IMG/VR virus record: IMGVR_UViG_3300042519_001902
Span: 4,585 to 68,584 of that record
Length of the DNA: 64,000 bases
Origin: a virus
Direction: 5' to 3' (one strand)
Below are positions 9,152 to 18,569 of the stretch, piece by piece. Every line of letters begins with the position of its first letter. Positions within the stretch are counted from its first letter, which is position 1. The translations under genes were made by a program, and so were the position numbers. The notes below the pieces were generated by a model, which saw only the letters and a list, made by a program, of their open reading frames with translations, was not told the DNA's origin and ran no database searches.

Positions 9152-9608
9152 TTGTGTTGTAGATGTCGAAGCCGCCGCCTCCGCGACGCCCGACGTTTTG
9201 CTTTAACTCTTTCCCGATCTTCGACAGGCGGATCTTCGCCTCATCGATGACCAAATACTTTTCGCGGGCGCTGATCCGCGTCTCGCGAACGCTGCACATG
9301 CGGCGCATGTGGCGTTGGATGGAGTGCTCCCGGAGGATGACTCCCTTCTCTTGCCGAAGTTCTCGCTCGGCGATCTTCGCCTGGGTCATCAGCTCTTGGT
9401 ACTTCGTGTCCAGAGCATTGGCTTTCAAGGTGGCTTCCTTCTCGCGGGCTTTCGACTCGACGATGCGGAGTTCGTACCGAGCGATTGCCGACCGCATCTC
9501 GTCGATGGCCCGGTCTTGGTCGCAGATCAGGGACATCTCCTGCTCCATGTTGTCGAACAGGTAGCCGAATTTCTCTGGGATCTTGGTCAGCATGGGGATG
9601 GCGCTCAT
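9129..9608 (-). CDS. Coiled-coil hypothetical protein
   Basis: ATGA overlap with the upstream gene; heptad-rich. Confidence 0.6.
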   Translation of the reverse strand: MSAIPMLTKIPEKFGYLFDNMEQEMSLICDQDRAIDEMRSAIARYELRIVESKAREKEATLKANALDTKYQELMTQAKIAERELRQEKGVILREHSIQRHMRRMCSVRETRISAREKYLVIDEAKIRLSKIGKELKQNVGRRGGGGFDIYNTNETETQP

Positions 9609-9958
9609 GGTTTGCGAAGGTGCTCGGCGTACGTGGTGAGGAGTTCCTGAAAGTAGAGCCAATCTGGGCCGCGCTTAAGGTAGTCGAAGCGACCGAGCTT
9701 CAGGTAGCGGTTGGCGTTGCGGACTTGGTCGCGGTTGGCGAAGTCGACGCCGCACACTTTGCAGAGCGACTCCATGTGCCGCACGTTCACGTCGTCCCAG
9801 CTCGTTAAGAGCGAGAGACGACGGATGTCGGCGAGCGTGAGCGCACCGCGTGAGGCGACTACGATCTCGGCTTCGGTGAGTGCGTTTCCTCGGCGGTCCC
9901 TAGCCATCAGGCGAACCAGTACCGGAGGAAACCGTTTAAGTTTCGTCCATATTCCCAT
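9605..9958 (-). CDS. Putative HTH DNA-binding protein
   Basis: LT.AEI...S.GALT.ADI.RLS..W pattern; preceded by TTGACT and the operator motif. Confidence 0.55.
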   Translation of the reverse strand: MGIWTKLKRFPPVLVRLMARDRRGNALTEAEIVVASRGALTLADIRRLSLLTSWDDVNVRHMESLCKVCGVDFANRDQVRNANRYLKLGRFDYLKRGPDWLYFQELLTTYAEHLRKP

Positions 9959-10042
9959 GTCAGTTTGTGTGAACTGGAACGATTCGGTAACAACCGGTAA
10001 CAGTCAAGTACCGAACGGTGCGAGGTGGGGTTGTGCGTGTTC

Positions 10043-10822
10043 TTACTGGTCAGTCGGAATCTGCATTTCCTTTTTCCGTAAATCGGAAACGCGGATGACC
10101 TCACGGGCAAAGTCGGCTTGAGCGAGCTGCTCGGCCAGCAGCTCCGTGCCGCAGTACTCGCTGTCGATGTAGGCATCGAACTTGGTTACCATGAGCTTCA
10201 GAGCGGAGAGCAGGTTGGCTTCCCTTTCCCCTGCCATACTGAGGAAGCGGGCTTGCTCCTCAACCTCGCTGATCAAATCAATCTCGCGATCATCGCGGGA
10301 CATGAGGAGTAGCTTTTGCCACTTGGCGTTGTCGGCCTCGACCTTCTCGGCACGGTTCGTCTCTTCGTTCAAAATGGCCTCGAGGTCTTGGCAGTGGTGA
10401 ATGCGGTTCTGCTGGCCCTTCACGAACTGGTGAATGATTTCGGGCGTGCCGCCCCAGGCCTTGAGCACCGACCAGTCGGCGAGTTCAGCTTCGGCTTTCT
10501 CGGCGCGGTTGACGATTTCAGTCATGCGCTCCCCGAACAAGTGCGCAATCTGGCCCTCGGTAAGCGTGCGGAGGCAGTGAGCGTGCAGGTTGTGCGGGTC
10601 TGCGAGCCATTCCTTCAACCGCTCCACCTCAGCGCGGAGGCGGCGGCGGTCCGCATCTGCACCAAATCTCAGGCGTTCGGTTTTGGTGAGTTCGGTTTCG
10701 AGGGTGCGGGCAACTGATGCTGGCACATAATCAATAGCATTGGAGCATCCGGTTACATCCTCCTGATAAATTTGGATGCACTCGGCATCTGTTCGTGGCG
10801 TGGGTGATTTGGGTGGGTTCAT
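10043..10822 (-). CDS. TPRTDA-family coiled-coil protein
   Basis: N-terminal PTPRTDA; RLRAEVER segment. Confidence 0.65.
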   Translation of the reverse strand: MNPPKSPTPRTDAECIQIYQEDVTGCSNAIDYVPASVARTLETELTKTERLRFGADADRRRLRAEVERLKEWLADPHNLHAHCLRTLTEGQIAHLFGERMTEIVNRAEKAEAELADWSVLKAWGGTPEIIHQFVKGQQNRIHHCQDLEAILNEETNRAEKVEADNAKWQKLLLMSRDDREIDLISEVEEQARFLSMAGEREANLLSALKLMVTKFDAYIDSEYCGTELLAEQLAQADFAREVIRVSDLRKKEMQIPTDQ

Positions 10823-11349
10823 GGTTTTGCCTCGTTGAGAACTGTAAGCATCTTGGCTGCGGTCTCACCATCGCTACCATCGTGAAAGAACTGCACGCTG
10901 GCACGGTTGATTATGTCGTTACGCCGCTCCACCTCGGCGCGGAGGCGGCTCGCTTCGTTGGCGTTGTGCTCGCGCTCCTGCGACATCTCGGCGGCAACGG
11001 TTTTCCACCGCTCCACCTCGGCGCGGAGGCGCGTGAGTTCGGCGGTGGCGCAGCACCAGCACCCGACACCTGCTTTTCGTTCTGCGTCGGTGTGGTTTAA
11101 GCAGGTGTGCATCCAGCTCCCAAGTGCTTTCAACCTCTCGCACTCCTCCTTCGCGGCGGCGAGTTTCGTTTCTGCTGCGTCCCACTTCCGGCACGCGAGG
11201 GCGTTTAACGAGCAAGCGCCCGCGAGTTCGCGTTCAATTAGCTTCATCTCACCGGCGAGCGAATACATGGTTGCGCCGTTTGCGAAGTAGGCTGCATCCG
11301 TTCTCGGCGTCGGCGCGAGGGTGGGCGTAGGTTGATCGGGTGGGTTCAT
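10819..11349 (-). CDS. TPRTDA-family coiled-coil protein (paralog)
   Basis: MNPP..PTPRTDA; two RLRAEVER segments; GGAGG and ATGA overlap. Confidence 0.65.
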   Translation of the reverse strand: MNPPDQPTPTLAPTPRTDAAYFANGATMYSLAGEMKLIERELAGACSLNALACRKWDAAETKLAAAKEECERLKALGSWMHTCLNHTDAERKAGVGCWCCATAELTRLRAEVERWKTVAAEMSQEREHNANEASRLRAEVERRNDIINRASVQFFHDGSDGETAAKMLTVLNEAKP

Positions 11350-11702
11350 TCGTCCTCCTCCCACTTGCCAATTGTTTTTAAGAAAGCTTTGGCGCGTTGG
11401 GCGGCGGTGGCGTGGACGATAGCGCATCGCATCTCGGGTTGGCCGTGCGCTAACCATAGCCATCCGCGAAAGGCGGCTTCTCTATCGTCCCGCAACACCC
11501 CCTCCGCTTGGTGCATGGCGTTCAAGTCTTTGAGGTAGTCGGGGATGTCATGCTTGAACACTAAAAGCCCACTAGGATTCATAACCCAAGTTTCCCAATC
11601 ACGGGAAACCCAGCCTTCTTTCTTGGCTAGGCAGTCGGGGTGATCGTGCATCTTCCAGCCACACGCTTCAGCGATGGCGATACGTTGTTGTTTAGGGTTC
11701 AT
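11346..11702 (-). CDS. Conserved phage protein
   Basis: QRIAIAEACGW..PDY..DLNAMH.AE..HATA.QRA.AFLKT.G.W. Confidence 0.7.
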   Translation of the reverse strand: MNPKQQRIAIAEACGWKMHDHPDCLAKKEGWVSRDWETWVMNPSGLLVFKHDIPDYLKDLNAMHQAEGVLRDDREAAFRGWLWLAHGQPEMRCAIVHATAAQRAKAFLKTIGKWEEDE

Positions 11703-12115
11703 TTGTTATCCTCCTTCTTTGGGCGGTTGAGGCAGAAGTACTCGGCCTTGACCTCCTCGATCACACGGATCTCGGGGTAGTTATCGGCGAGTTCGATGGA
11801 GTCCTCGCCGTAGATGACGCCGTCCTTCCACGAGTACATCAGGGTCGGGGTCACGATGGTCTCGTCGGGGCAGTTAATGTGCAGCGCGTGGAACGGATGA
11901 CAGGGTAGGGTGGGGAACCAGTCGTTGGACTTGAAGTACGCCGAGCTGCGGAAGGCGGCGGCGCTGCCCGCGATGGACTTGGCCGCGTCCTCCATGGGGA
12001 GGGTGACCCCGAGCTCGTCGGTCACGCGGTCGAGTTGAGCGACCGCACACGGGGCGAGGGTGAGGGTGGGGATTAGCCCGAGGGATTCTCGGGGTACGTA
12101 TTTTATTAGGTCCAT
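11699..12115 (-). CDS. Hypothetical protein
   Basis: Fits operon packing. Confidence 0.55.
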   Translation of the reverse strand: MDLIKYVPRESLGLIPTLTLAPCAVAQLDRVTDELGVTLPMEDAAKSIAGSAAAFRSSAYFKSNDWFPTLPCHPFHALHINCPDETIVTPTLMYSWKDGVIYGEDSIELADNYPEIRVIEEVKAEYFCLNRPKKEDNK

Positions 12116-12117
12116 AG

Positions 12118-12396
12118 TTAGGCAGCGGTGCGGTGTTCGGAGTCCTCTTTGATGCGGGCGATCAACTCAAGGTCGTCGACGGGGAGATCCTCCATGGCCC
12201 TAGCGGCGATGAACTTCAGGTCGGCGGCGCAGCGCATGATGCAGTCGACCTTGGTCTGGAGTTCCCGTCGGGCGACGTCGTCGTAGGCATAGCCCGCCTC
12301 CTTCTCCCAGATGCGAGCGAGGTTCACCCAGTGGGCGCGTTGACGGAGGAGTTTATCGCACGTACGGGCGTGGATTTTTCGGTAGTCGGGTGTCAT
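12118..12396 (-). CDS. Hypothetical protein
   Basis: ATG 1 nt after the GP88-like stop codon. Confidence 0.55.
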   Translation of the reverse strand: MTPDYRKIHARTCDKLLRQRAHWVNLARIWEKEAGYAYDDVARRELQTKVDCIMRCAADLKFIAARAMEDLPVDDLELIARIKEDSEHRTAA

Positions 12397-12397
12397 G

Positions 12398-13129
12398 TTA
12401 GGTGATGGCGGCGAGTTTCTTTTTGCTGTACCCCGTGATCCCAGCCTTTCGCAATTCGCGAATAGCGAAAGCGGCGGCGGTGCCTTTGCGTTGGTTGCCG
12501 TGGAGCAGAAGGGCGAACGACTCGCCTCCGTCGTAGGCGTGCGTGTCGTCGTGATCGATCTCGAGACCGAGGGCGGCGGCTTGCTCCTCGGCGAAGACCA
12601 CCTTGGCGGTCTTGAGCCCACCCGTGGACGCATCGTAGCGGCCACCGAGCGAGGCGGTGAGGATCAGGTTGTCGGGGATGAACTCCTGCAACCGACGCCA
12701 GAGGTTAACCGACTTGGTGTACGAGTAGAAGCGTACGTCCCAGCGGGCGCGGGCGACGTCCATCCACGCAAGGAAGTACGCCTCGCTGAAGTAGTCACCG
12801 CCCACATGGATCCGAACGATCTTGGCCTTCCTGGGCAGGCTGGCGGCGATCAACTGGGCCATGCCCTCGCGGGTCGCGGCGGCTTTGAGGAGCTCGAAGT
12901 TAGCCCAGCGTGACTTGCGCACGGATGGGTACACCGCTTCGGCCTGCGCGGCGAAGCAGACGAACTCTTGCTGAGGACCGTGCGACATCTTGCCGGTCGT
13001 GCGGTCAGCCTTGGCAAGGCACTTCAGTGCGCCGGGGCAGGTGTACCCTGCTGGCAGACTGAAGGTGTAGATGTCTTTCGTGAGTTTCGCGTTACCTTTC
13101 TGGAACGATAGCTTTGATTTGGTTTTCAT
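12398..13129 (-). CDS. GP88-like (radical-SAM-related) protein
   Basis: GNAKL..FSLPAG.TCPGA..C...CFA, RIH.GGDY and YSYTK motifs. Confidence 0.75.
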   Translation of the reverse strand: MKTKSKLSFQKGNAKLTKDIYTFSLPAGYTCPGALKCLAKADRTTGKMSHGPQQEFVCFAAQAEAVYPSVRKSRWANFELLKAAATREGMAQLIAASLPRKAKIVRIHVGGDYFSEAYFLAWMDVARARWDVRFYSYTKSVNLWRRLQEFIPDNLILTASLGGRYDASTGGLKTAKVVFAEEQAAALGLEIDHDDTHAYDGGESFALLLHGNQRKGTAAAFAIRELRKAGITGYSKKKLAAIT

Positions 13130-14040
13130 TTTATTGCATTGTTGTCTGATACCAACGGATAACAACCGCTGGAAAGTTGAAGCGCGTGGGCTTCGTTGAG
13201 GAGCGTGCGGAACGCTAAGCGGCACGTAGCTGGGACGACTCCGTTGCCGAGGAGGCGGAGCTCATCGGTACGATTGTCGCCGGCGAGGCACAGCTCGGCA
13301 TAACCCAGCCCACGGGTAGACCCATGAGCGTCTCGACCCAGCGGGGGTTGAGCGCAAGCGACACGGGGCGGCTCCCATTCGTGCTGAGGTTGACCCGGAC
13401 GACTGGGCCACTCGCCATCTCGGCGGCGATCACACCCACCAACCGATCCTTCCGGTTGCGGTGACTCCCGTCGGGGTTCTTCCCGTCCGGTGAGCAGCCG
13501 GTGGTATCCTTCCAGTCGCGTGTCGTGGCGGTGGGCCAGGACGAAGATGCGCTTTCGCTGGTGGGGCGCGCCCACTTCAGCCGCGCTGAATATGCCCCAC
13601 GCCGTAGCGTAACCGATTCGGTCCAGCTCTGCGATGACGTCGCGTAATCCGAGGGAGATGTGACCCTCGACGTTCTCGAAGAAGCAAAGCTCGGGTCGCA
13701 TGAGGACAATTCCATCTGCGATCCAAGGCCAGAGGTGACGGGGGTCGTCTCTGCCGAGGCGCTTGCCGACGGTACTGAACGGCTGGCAGGGGTACCCGCC
13801 ACTGAGGATATCCACTCGGTCTCGAAAGCTTTCCCACGGGAAGGATCTAAGATCCGTCCACAGAGGTGCCGAGTCCATGAGTCCCGCTTCCATTTTCGCG
13901 ACCAAGTTCGCAGCGGCAAAGGCTTCGATCTCACTAACAGCGATTGTGCGCAGACCTTGGATTGCTCCTCGGAGTCCGAGATCAATGCCGCCGTACCCTG
14001 CACAGAGGCTAACGTGTGTAACGACTTTGGAAGTATCCAT
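13126..14040 (-). CDS. C5 DNA cytosine methyltransferase, alpha polypeptide
   Basis: Motif I SLCAGYGG, IV GGYPCQPFS, VI ENV, VIII PHQRKRIF, X LGNGV. Confidence 0.93.
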   Translation of the reverse strand: MDTSKVVTHVSLCAGYGGIDLGLRGAIQGLRTIAVSEIEAFAAANLVAKMEAGLMDSAPLWTDLRSFPWESFRDRVDILSGGYPCQPFSTVGKRLGRDDPRHLWPWIADGIVLMRPELCFFENVEGHISLGLRDVIAELDRIGYATAWGIFSAAEVGAPHQRKRIFVLAHRHDTRLEGYHRLLTGREEPRRESPQPEGSVGGCDRRRDGEWPSRPGQPQHEWEPPRVACAQPPLGRDAHGSTRGLGYAELCLAGDNRTDELRLLGNGVVPATCRLAFRTLLNEAHALQLSSGCYPLVSDNNAIK

Positions 14041-14045
14041 GTCAT
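13215..14045 (-). CDS. Overlapping-frame methyltransferase beta polypeptide (TRD / motif IX)
   Basis: Alternative frame carries WPT.T.RDWKD and LNPRWVETLMGLPVGW, which are missing from the alpha frame; true start uncertain. Confidence 0.75.
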   Translation of the reverse strand: MTWILPKSLHTLASVQGTAALISDSEEQSKVCAQSLLVRSKPLPLRTWSRKWKRDSWTRHLCGRILDPSRGKAFETEWISSVAGTPASRSVPSASASAETTPVTSGLGSQMELSSCDPSFASSRTSRVTSPSDYATSSQSWTESVTLRRGAYSARLKWARPTSESASSSWPTATTRDWKDTTGCSPDGKNPDGSHRNRKDRLVGVIAAEMASGPVVRVNLSTNGSRPVSLALNPRWVETLMGLPVGWVMPSCASPATIVPMSSASSATESSQLRAA

Positions 14046-14117
14046 GTTATTTTATTGAGGTCATTACGTGCGGCTAACGGATACCAACCGGTAACAACTT
14101 AGGGCAAGGAGAATGGG

Positions 14118-14492
14118 TTAATCGACCTCCTCCACCCACGCGGCGGCGAACCCGGGGTCGGCCTCGGCAGCTTTTTCGACGGCCTCTTGCGAGACGGCAC
14201 CGGCGTCCTTCATCCACAGCCACTCGATGACCTCTGCGGCGGTGACGAACGAGGCCGCAGTACAGTGGTTGGATTCTCCCTGCCACTGGGTGAATCTACC
14301 GAACGAGGCGACGTACCTCCCGCCTTTGGTTCGGTAGATTCTCACCTCGAACCAGCGGTTGGCGTGGCCGTTGTGGCCGATTGCATTATCTGCGCTGGCG
14401 ATCTGCTCGCCCGTGAAAGCGAGAGGCGGGAGCCCGTCGCGGTTGATCGTGTATTTTTCCATGGTGCTGTCGGTTTTTTGTTCTGATTTCAT
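14118..14492 (-). CDS. Hypothetical protein
   Basis: L.F.GE.IA..RW.E..IYRT.GGRYV pattern. Confidence 0.65.
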   Translation of the reverse strand: MKSEQKTDSTMEKYTINRDGLPPLAFTGEQIASADNAIGHNGHANRWFEVRIYRTKGGRYVASFGRFTQWQGESNHCTAASFVTAAEVIEWLWMKDAGAVSQEAVEKAAEADPGFAAAWVEEVD

Positions 14493-14505
14493 TTTGTTTT
14501 GTGGG

Positions 14506-14742
14506 TTACTCTTTTCGTTTCCAAGTGGTTGGATCTACCTCGACGATGCGGTAGTCCGCTGCGTCGTACTCATCGGACATGTCGCCGACGGCGACCGCTT
14601 CGGCTACGCTCTCGATGAGGTCATCGATCTCGGCTTGAGCTGACTCTCGGGTGTCGAATAGCCAGGGCTCATCTTCAGAAATCCATCCGGCGTCGTCCCA
14701 TCCGTAGGAGAATAGGTGCTCAACTAGGAACTTAGTTTTCAT
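14506..14742 (-). CDS. Small acidic protein
   Basis: FDTRE.A.AEI....DYRIVE; very acidic. Confidence 0.6.
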   Translation of the reverse strand: MKTKFLVEHLFSYGWDDAGWISEDEPWLFDTRESAQAEIDDLIESVAEAVAVGDMSDEYDAADYRIVEVDPTTWKRKE

Positions 14743-15029
14743 GGTGTGCCTTCCGAGTTGGGTTCCGAGTTGGTTACCTCGTCATCCCACTCGGCTTTCT
14801 GCGCAGTGACCTCGGCTAGGTTGAGCACCACCTCTCCAAGAGGGTCATCCATTTCATGCCCGAGGACGTAGATGGAAACGGCTAGCCTGCCGTCGCGAGT
14901 GATGATCTGCACGGACGCATCTCCGACGGTGATCCATACCCCAGTGCTGCCGTCGGGACGTTCCGGTTTGAGGACGACGTCTTGGGTGCAGTCCAGACCA
15001 TCGAGATTGAGTTCTGGTTTAGTGCTCAT
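14739..15029 (-). CDS. Hypothetical protein
   Basis: GGAGG and ATGA coupling. Confidence 0.6.
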   Translation of the reverse strand: MSTKPELNLDGLDCTQDVVLKPERPDGSTGVWITVGDASVQIITRDGRLAVSIYVLGHEMDDPLGEVVLNLAEVTAQKAEWDDEVTNSEPNSEGTP

Positions 15030-15289
15030 GCGTCGACCCTCCTTGCTAGGCGGTGGTCGTAATCGTCGCCGGGATTGATGACGACGGATCGGACCGGAGT
15101 CCCGTCTTTCGGGAACATCCAGATGTCCTGCGCCAGATAGCCGCTGAGGCAGCACCCCTTGTAGTAAGCGTGGTAGCTGATGCCCACCTCGTCGGGCAAA
15201 TGGGCCGTGGCTTTGCGGAATTCACCGAGCGTGAGTTTCGTCGGCGGTGTCGGAGCTGGAGTTGGAGTTGGAGTGATGTCGGTGCTCAT
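15026..15289 (-). CDS. Hypothetical protein
   Basis: ATGA coupling at both ends. Confidence 0.6.
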   Translation of the reverse strand: MSTDITPTPTPAPTPPTKLTLGEFRKATAHLPDEVGISYHAYYKGCCLSGYLAQDIWMFPKDGTPVRSVVINPGDDYDHRLARRVDA

Positions 15290-15525
15290 GTGCTGGCCTT
15301 CTTCCGTGCGCGAAGCATCGCGTCAGCGAGCGCGTAGGCTTCTCCCGGCACCCACCCTGAACTGTTCGACGTGTAATTCCCGGCCATGATTCCGGCTAGA
15401 GCCTGACCTGCGAGGTAGTCGCGCAGGGTCATACCGTCTTGGCCGTGCAAGGTTGTGGCGCCGCTGGTGCCGCGTGACTCTGGACGAGGAAACGCCGGGC
15501 CTCCGTCGTTGATTGGTGTGCTCAT
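15286..15525 (-). CDS. Conserved small phage protein
   Basis: INDGGPAFP...GMTLRDY.A.QAL.G...AY..ADAML.AR. Confidence 0.8.
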   Translation of the reverse strand: MSTPINDGGPAFPRPESRGTSGATTLHGQDGMTLRDYLAGQALAGIMAGNYTSNSSGWVPGEAYALADAMLRARKKAST

Positions 15526-15800
15526 GTGATTACAGCTATGCTGTCTCTGACGTTTATTGATCTGGCTTTACCCGACATGACACAGCGGGGCTGCGTCTTG
15601 CGGGTGCGGGACCTGACGGGAACGCGACAATCAACGCCGTTAACAATCAGGCATTGATCGCGGTAGTGGATGGACAAGCGCGGCTCACCAGCGGACAGCG
15701 AGGCGGGCTTGTTGTAGTGGAAGTAGAACACGGCGGGCTTGGGCTTTGATACCGTGTAGCCACCGCTCCTCTCCCCGAAGGCGTAGTCGGATAGGTTCAT
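15522..15800 (-). CDS. Conserved small phage protein
   Basis: FYFHYNKPAS..SIHY...C..V.C.VP..QPRCVM.G. Confidence 0.7.
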   Translation of the reverse strand: MNLSDYAFGERSGGYTVSKPKPAVFYFHYNKPASLSAGEPRLSIHYRDQCLIVNGVDCRVPVRSRTRKTQPRCVMSGKARSINVRDSIAVIT

Positions 15801-16018
15801 GATGGGTTCCTCCCGAAGAGCACGTCTCCCGCATCTCTGGGAAACGTCGATCCGTAATCGGCGATGAACTGTGCGTCAGACACTTCGTCGTAACCGTCGA
15901 CGGCAGCTATGCGATAGCTGTGCTCTCTGTTTTGGTCGTGCTCGAATGGCTCGATCATGACGACACCTACGTTGGTACGTCCGCAGAACCAGACGACTCG
16001 TTGTGATGGTGGGTTCAT
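15797..16018 (-). CDS. Hypothetical protein
   Basis: Coupled ORF; GYDE..DAQ.IA.YG..FP. Confidence 0.6.
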   Translation of the reverse strand: MNPPSQRVVWFCGRTNVGVVMIEPFEHDQNREHSYRIAAVDGYDEVSDAQFIADYGSTFPRDAGDVLFGRNPS

Positions 16019-16347
16019 GCTCGGCCCTCCGCTTTGGCGATGGCGGCGCGGGCGAAGTCGAGTGCGTCACGTTCCTCCGCAACCAAATCGACTTCGCCCA
16101 GGTCGGCGTGATCACCGACGAGTCGCTTCAGCGCGATGAGCAGGTCCGTGTTCACGGCGTGGTGGATCGGCTCGGCGGTGGGTACCTCCCACTTGAAGAG
16201 CGCGTCGCGAGCGGACTCGATCAAGGTCGTAGCCCACTTGGCTTCGTCCTCGGTGAGTTGCAGCGACGAGCAACTCTCGTCGATCTGAAACAACACGGCG
16301 TCGATTTCGTTTCTCGTAAGGGGTCCAACTTCGATGATCATTTTCAT
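16015..16347 (-). CDS. Hypothetical protein (RAAIAKAEG family)
   Basis: DLL.ALK.L...ARAAIAKAEG C-terminus. Confidence 0.65.
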   Translation of the reverse strand: MKMIIEVGPLTRNEIDAVLFQIDESCSSLQLTEDEAKWATTLIESARDALFKWEVPTAEPIHHAVNTDLLIALKRLVGDHADLGEVDLVAEERDALDFARAAIAKAEGRA

Positions 16348-16697
16348 TTTGGTGATTCCTCCTCTGGTAGGTGTTCAACTTTGCCCATCCATGGCTCAGG
16401 CCGGATGGCTCGCACCCAATCGGTGAACGACGGGATGCGGCCAGCGAAGTCCTCCTTAACGTGCTGCTCTCCGACCCAGCGCGTTGGGATAGACCGACCG
16501 TTGGTTAGCGTGATAGCCGCACCGAAGGTGCGCTCACATTCAAAGATGCCCTGAGCATGGTGGCGCAGGGCACGATGGCGGAAGTCGGCGATGATTTCTT
16601 TGCTCGCGTCGAACCACTGATGGATCGCGAGGTAATCTTCGATGACTCCGCCCCACTTGCGGACGCTCGACTGAGCGTGGTGGTAGGGGTTAGCCAT
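16344..16697 (-). CDS. DUF6915-like His-rich protein
   Basis: NPYHHA.SSV.KWGG..EDY..IH.WFD.SK...DFRHRALRHH.GIF..E..EQHV.ED. Confidence 0.8.
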   Translation of the reverse strand: MANPYHHAQSSVRKWGGVIEDYLAIHQWFDASKEIIADFRHRALRHHAQGIFECERTFGAAITLTNGRSIPTRWVGEQHVKEDFAGRIPSFTDWVRAIRPEPWMGKVEHLPEEESPK

Positions 16698-16698
16698 G

Positions 16699-17130
16699 TT
16701 AGAGGGTCTCGTTGTCGACTTCGATCTCGATGACGTTCGTCTCGTGGTGCCACTCGATGGTGCCTTCTTCCACGTCGATGACGAACGACCCTTGCGCGCC
16801 GTCGTTGTTCTCCCACCCGTCGTGCTTCTCCTCCAGTTTACCGTAGCATAGATTCTCAATCGCTTCGCGAAGACCTACGGTTCTCGGTTCGCTGACTTTG
16901 TATGTGCGGACGTAGGTCGTGCCGCCCATGTCGTAGCCGCCCACGATATCGCGCTGCTCGATCTTGACGTCGTCGACTACGACCCCGGCTCCGAAGTCAG
17001 GCTCGTCGACTTGGCCGTCATCTCCCGACCCGCTGTAGTTGATGGTGCATTCCTTGACCCCGGCTGCTCGGAGAGCGGCGAGGATGTTCTGCTTGTTATC
17101 TTCGTATGCTTTTTTAGTTTCTGCGTTCAT
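16699..17130 (-). CDS. DUF6878-like acidic protein
   Basis: YSGSGDDGQV and GWENNDGA.G motifs. Confidence 0.75.
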   Translation of the reverse strand: MNAETKKAYEDNKQNILAALRAAGVKECTINYSGSGDDGQVDEPDFGAGVVVDDVKIEQRDIVGGYDMGGTTYVRTYKVSEPRTVGLREAIENLCYGKLEEKHDGWENNDGAQGSFVIDVEEGTIEWHHETNVIEIEVDNETL

Positions 17131-17171
17131 ATTATTATTATCGTTGTTGTTGGTTGCTAACAAATCACATC

Positions 17172-18569
17172 TTAACGCCCAGGTTCGGCGGCTCCGACCA
17201 CGCGCTTGCCAGCCCGCATCTCTTCAAACGCGGTGACTGCGCTGGACAGGCTAATGAACCGCTTGGCCTTGATGCGCCGAGCTGTGGCAAACGCACTCGT
17301 CGTCAGTGCTGCTGAGCTGCTGTCGTTGCAGCCGGTGATGTACCCATCGCAGACCCACAGGCGCGGCTCGGCTTGCTTGCCCAGCCACGTCAGCGCAGGT
17401 CCGTCGATGATGTTACCGCCGCCGACTTGAGCGCGGACGCGCTCGATGGCCTTGACGTCCGCACGATGCCCGCCTCGGGCGATCACCGTGATCGAACCCG
17501 TGTCCGCCTTGCCCGAGTACATCGCCACGGTGGCGCAGGGCGCAGCCGTGATGATGCGTTCGATGTCCTCCATGGACAGGCTCATCGAACCCGATGCATC
17601 GACGAGCACCGTGCCACCGGGTGCTTTGCGCCGACGCCCGAAGATGCGACCGTCGATGTTGTAGCGGTGCATGAACCGAGGCACCGTGCCCGAGTCATGC
17701 GCCCGCTCCCGCCGACCGACCTGTGCTTCCTTGATCGGGTGGGTCAGGGCCACCGAGCGCACGTCTGCCGTGCCGAACTCGATCTCGTGCCTCGTCTTGT
17801 GGAGCTCCTCGCGGACCATCCGGGTATCTCGATCAAGCCGTTCGGTCTCCTCCTTGTTAACCGCTGAGTCCGGGTTCGGACGCGGCGGCGTCATGCCGAT
17901 GCGGTCATGGACGAACTTCGCCATGCGCAGCATGTCCTTCCACTTTGGGTAGTTCCGTGGCCCCCGAGTGGGGTGGATCACGGAGTGGGATTCCTCCAGG
18001 ATCTTCTGCGCCTCCGTTCCAGCGTAGCGCAGCACCTTCTTCTGCTCGTCGTTGAGCGGACTCGGCGGCGCGGGTTCTGCCTTTCCGTCCTCGTCGGGCT
18101 CCGCTGGAATGCCCGCTAACTGGCGGATGACTTTCTTCAGGCGCAGCCAGTCACCGGTGCGGTGAATTGAAAGCGCCATCTTCACCAGCGGGGAGATGAC
18201 GTCGGGCTGGTTGACCAACCGCAGGAGCATAGCTTCGATCTCGCCCTCGGTCATGTGCCCAACGAGGCGCGGCTGCATGCGCATCCGCTCGCTGAGCAGG
18301 GCATGCATCCTGTAGTCCTCGCAGGACTGCAACAGATCGGGCGCAACCCCGATCTTCTCCGCCTCCTTCGCGGGGGATTTCTTGGGGGTCCACTTGGCAT
18401 GAGCCATCTCATGCAGGCGGACGAAGTGATCTTCTGCGCTGTCCGACAAGGGCACGAACATCTCGCGCTTGCTGAGGTCCACCCGCGCCTGAGAGCTGGA
18501 GTCAATCGACCACCGCTCTCCGTCAATCGCCTCGGGTAAGGGGGCGATTGGTACGTACTGGTAGCTCAT
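17172..18569 (-). CDS. Metallopeptidase-like + VWA domain protein (CobT-like partner)
   Basis: HEMAH (HExxH) with a downstream ED.R; MIDAS DASGSM; directly downstream of the AAA gene. Confidence 0.8.
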   Translation of the reverse strand: MSYQYVPIAPLPEAIDGERWSIDSSSQARVDLSKREMFVPLSDSAEDHFVRLHEMAHAKWTPKKSPAKEAEKIGVAPDLLQSCEDYRMHALLSERMRMQPRLVGHMTEGEIEAMLLRLVNQPDVISPLVKMALSIHRTGDWLRLKKVIRQLAGIPAEPDEDGKAEPAPPSPLNDEQKKVLRYAGTEAQKILEESHSVIHPTRGPRNYPKWKDMLRMAKFVHDRIGMTPPRPNPDSAVNKEETERLDRDTRMVREELHKTRHEIEFGTADVRSVALTHPIKEAQVGRRERAHDSGTVPRFMHRYNIDGRIFGRRRKAPGGTVLVDASGSMSLSMEDIERIITAAPCATVAMYSGKADTGSITVIARGGHRADVKAIERVRAQVGGGNIIDGPALTWLGKQAEPRLWVCDGYITGCNDSSSAALTTSAFATARRIKAKRFISLSSAVTAFEEMRAGKRVVGAAEPGR

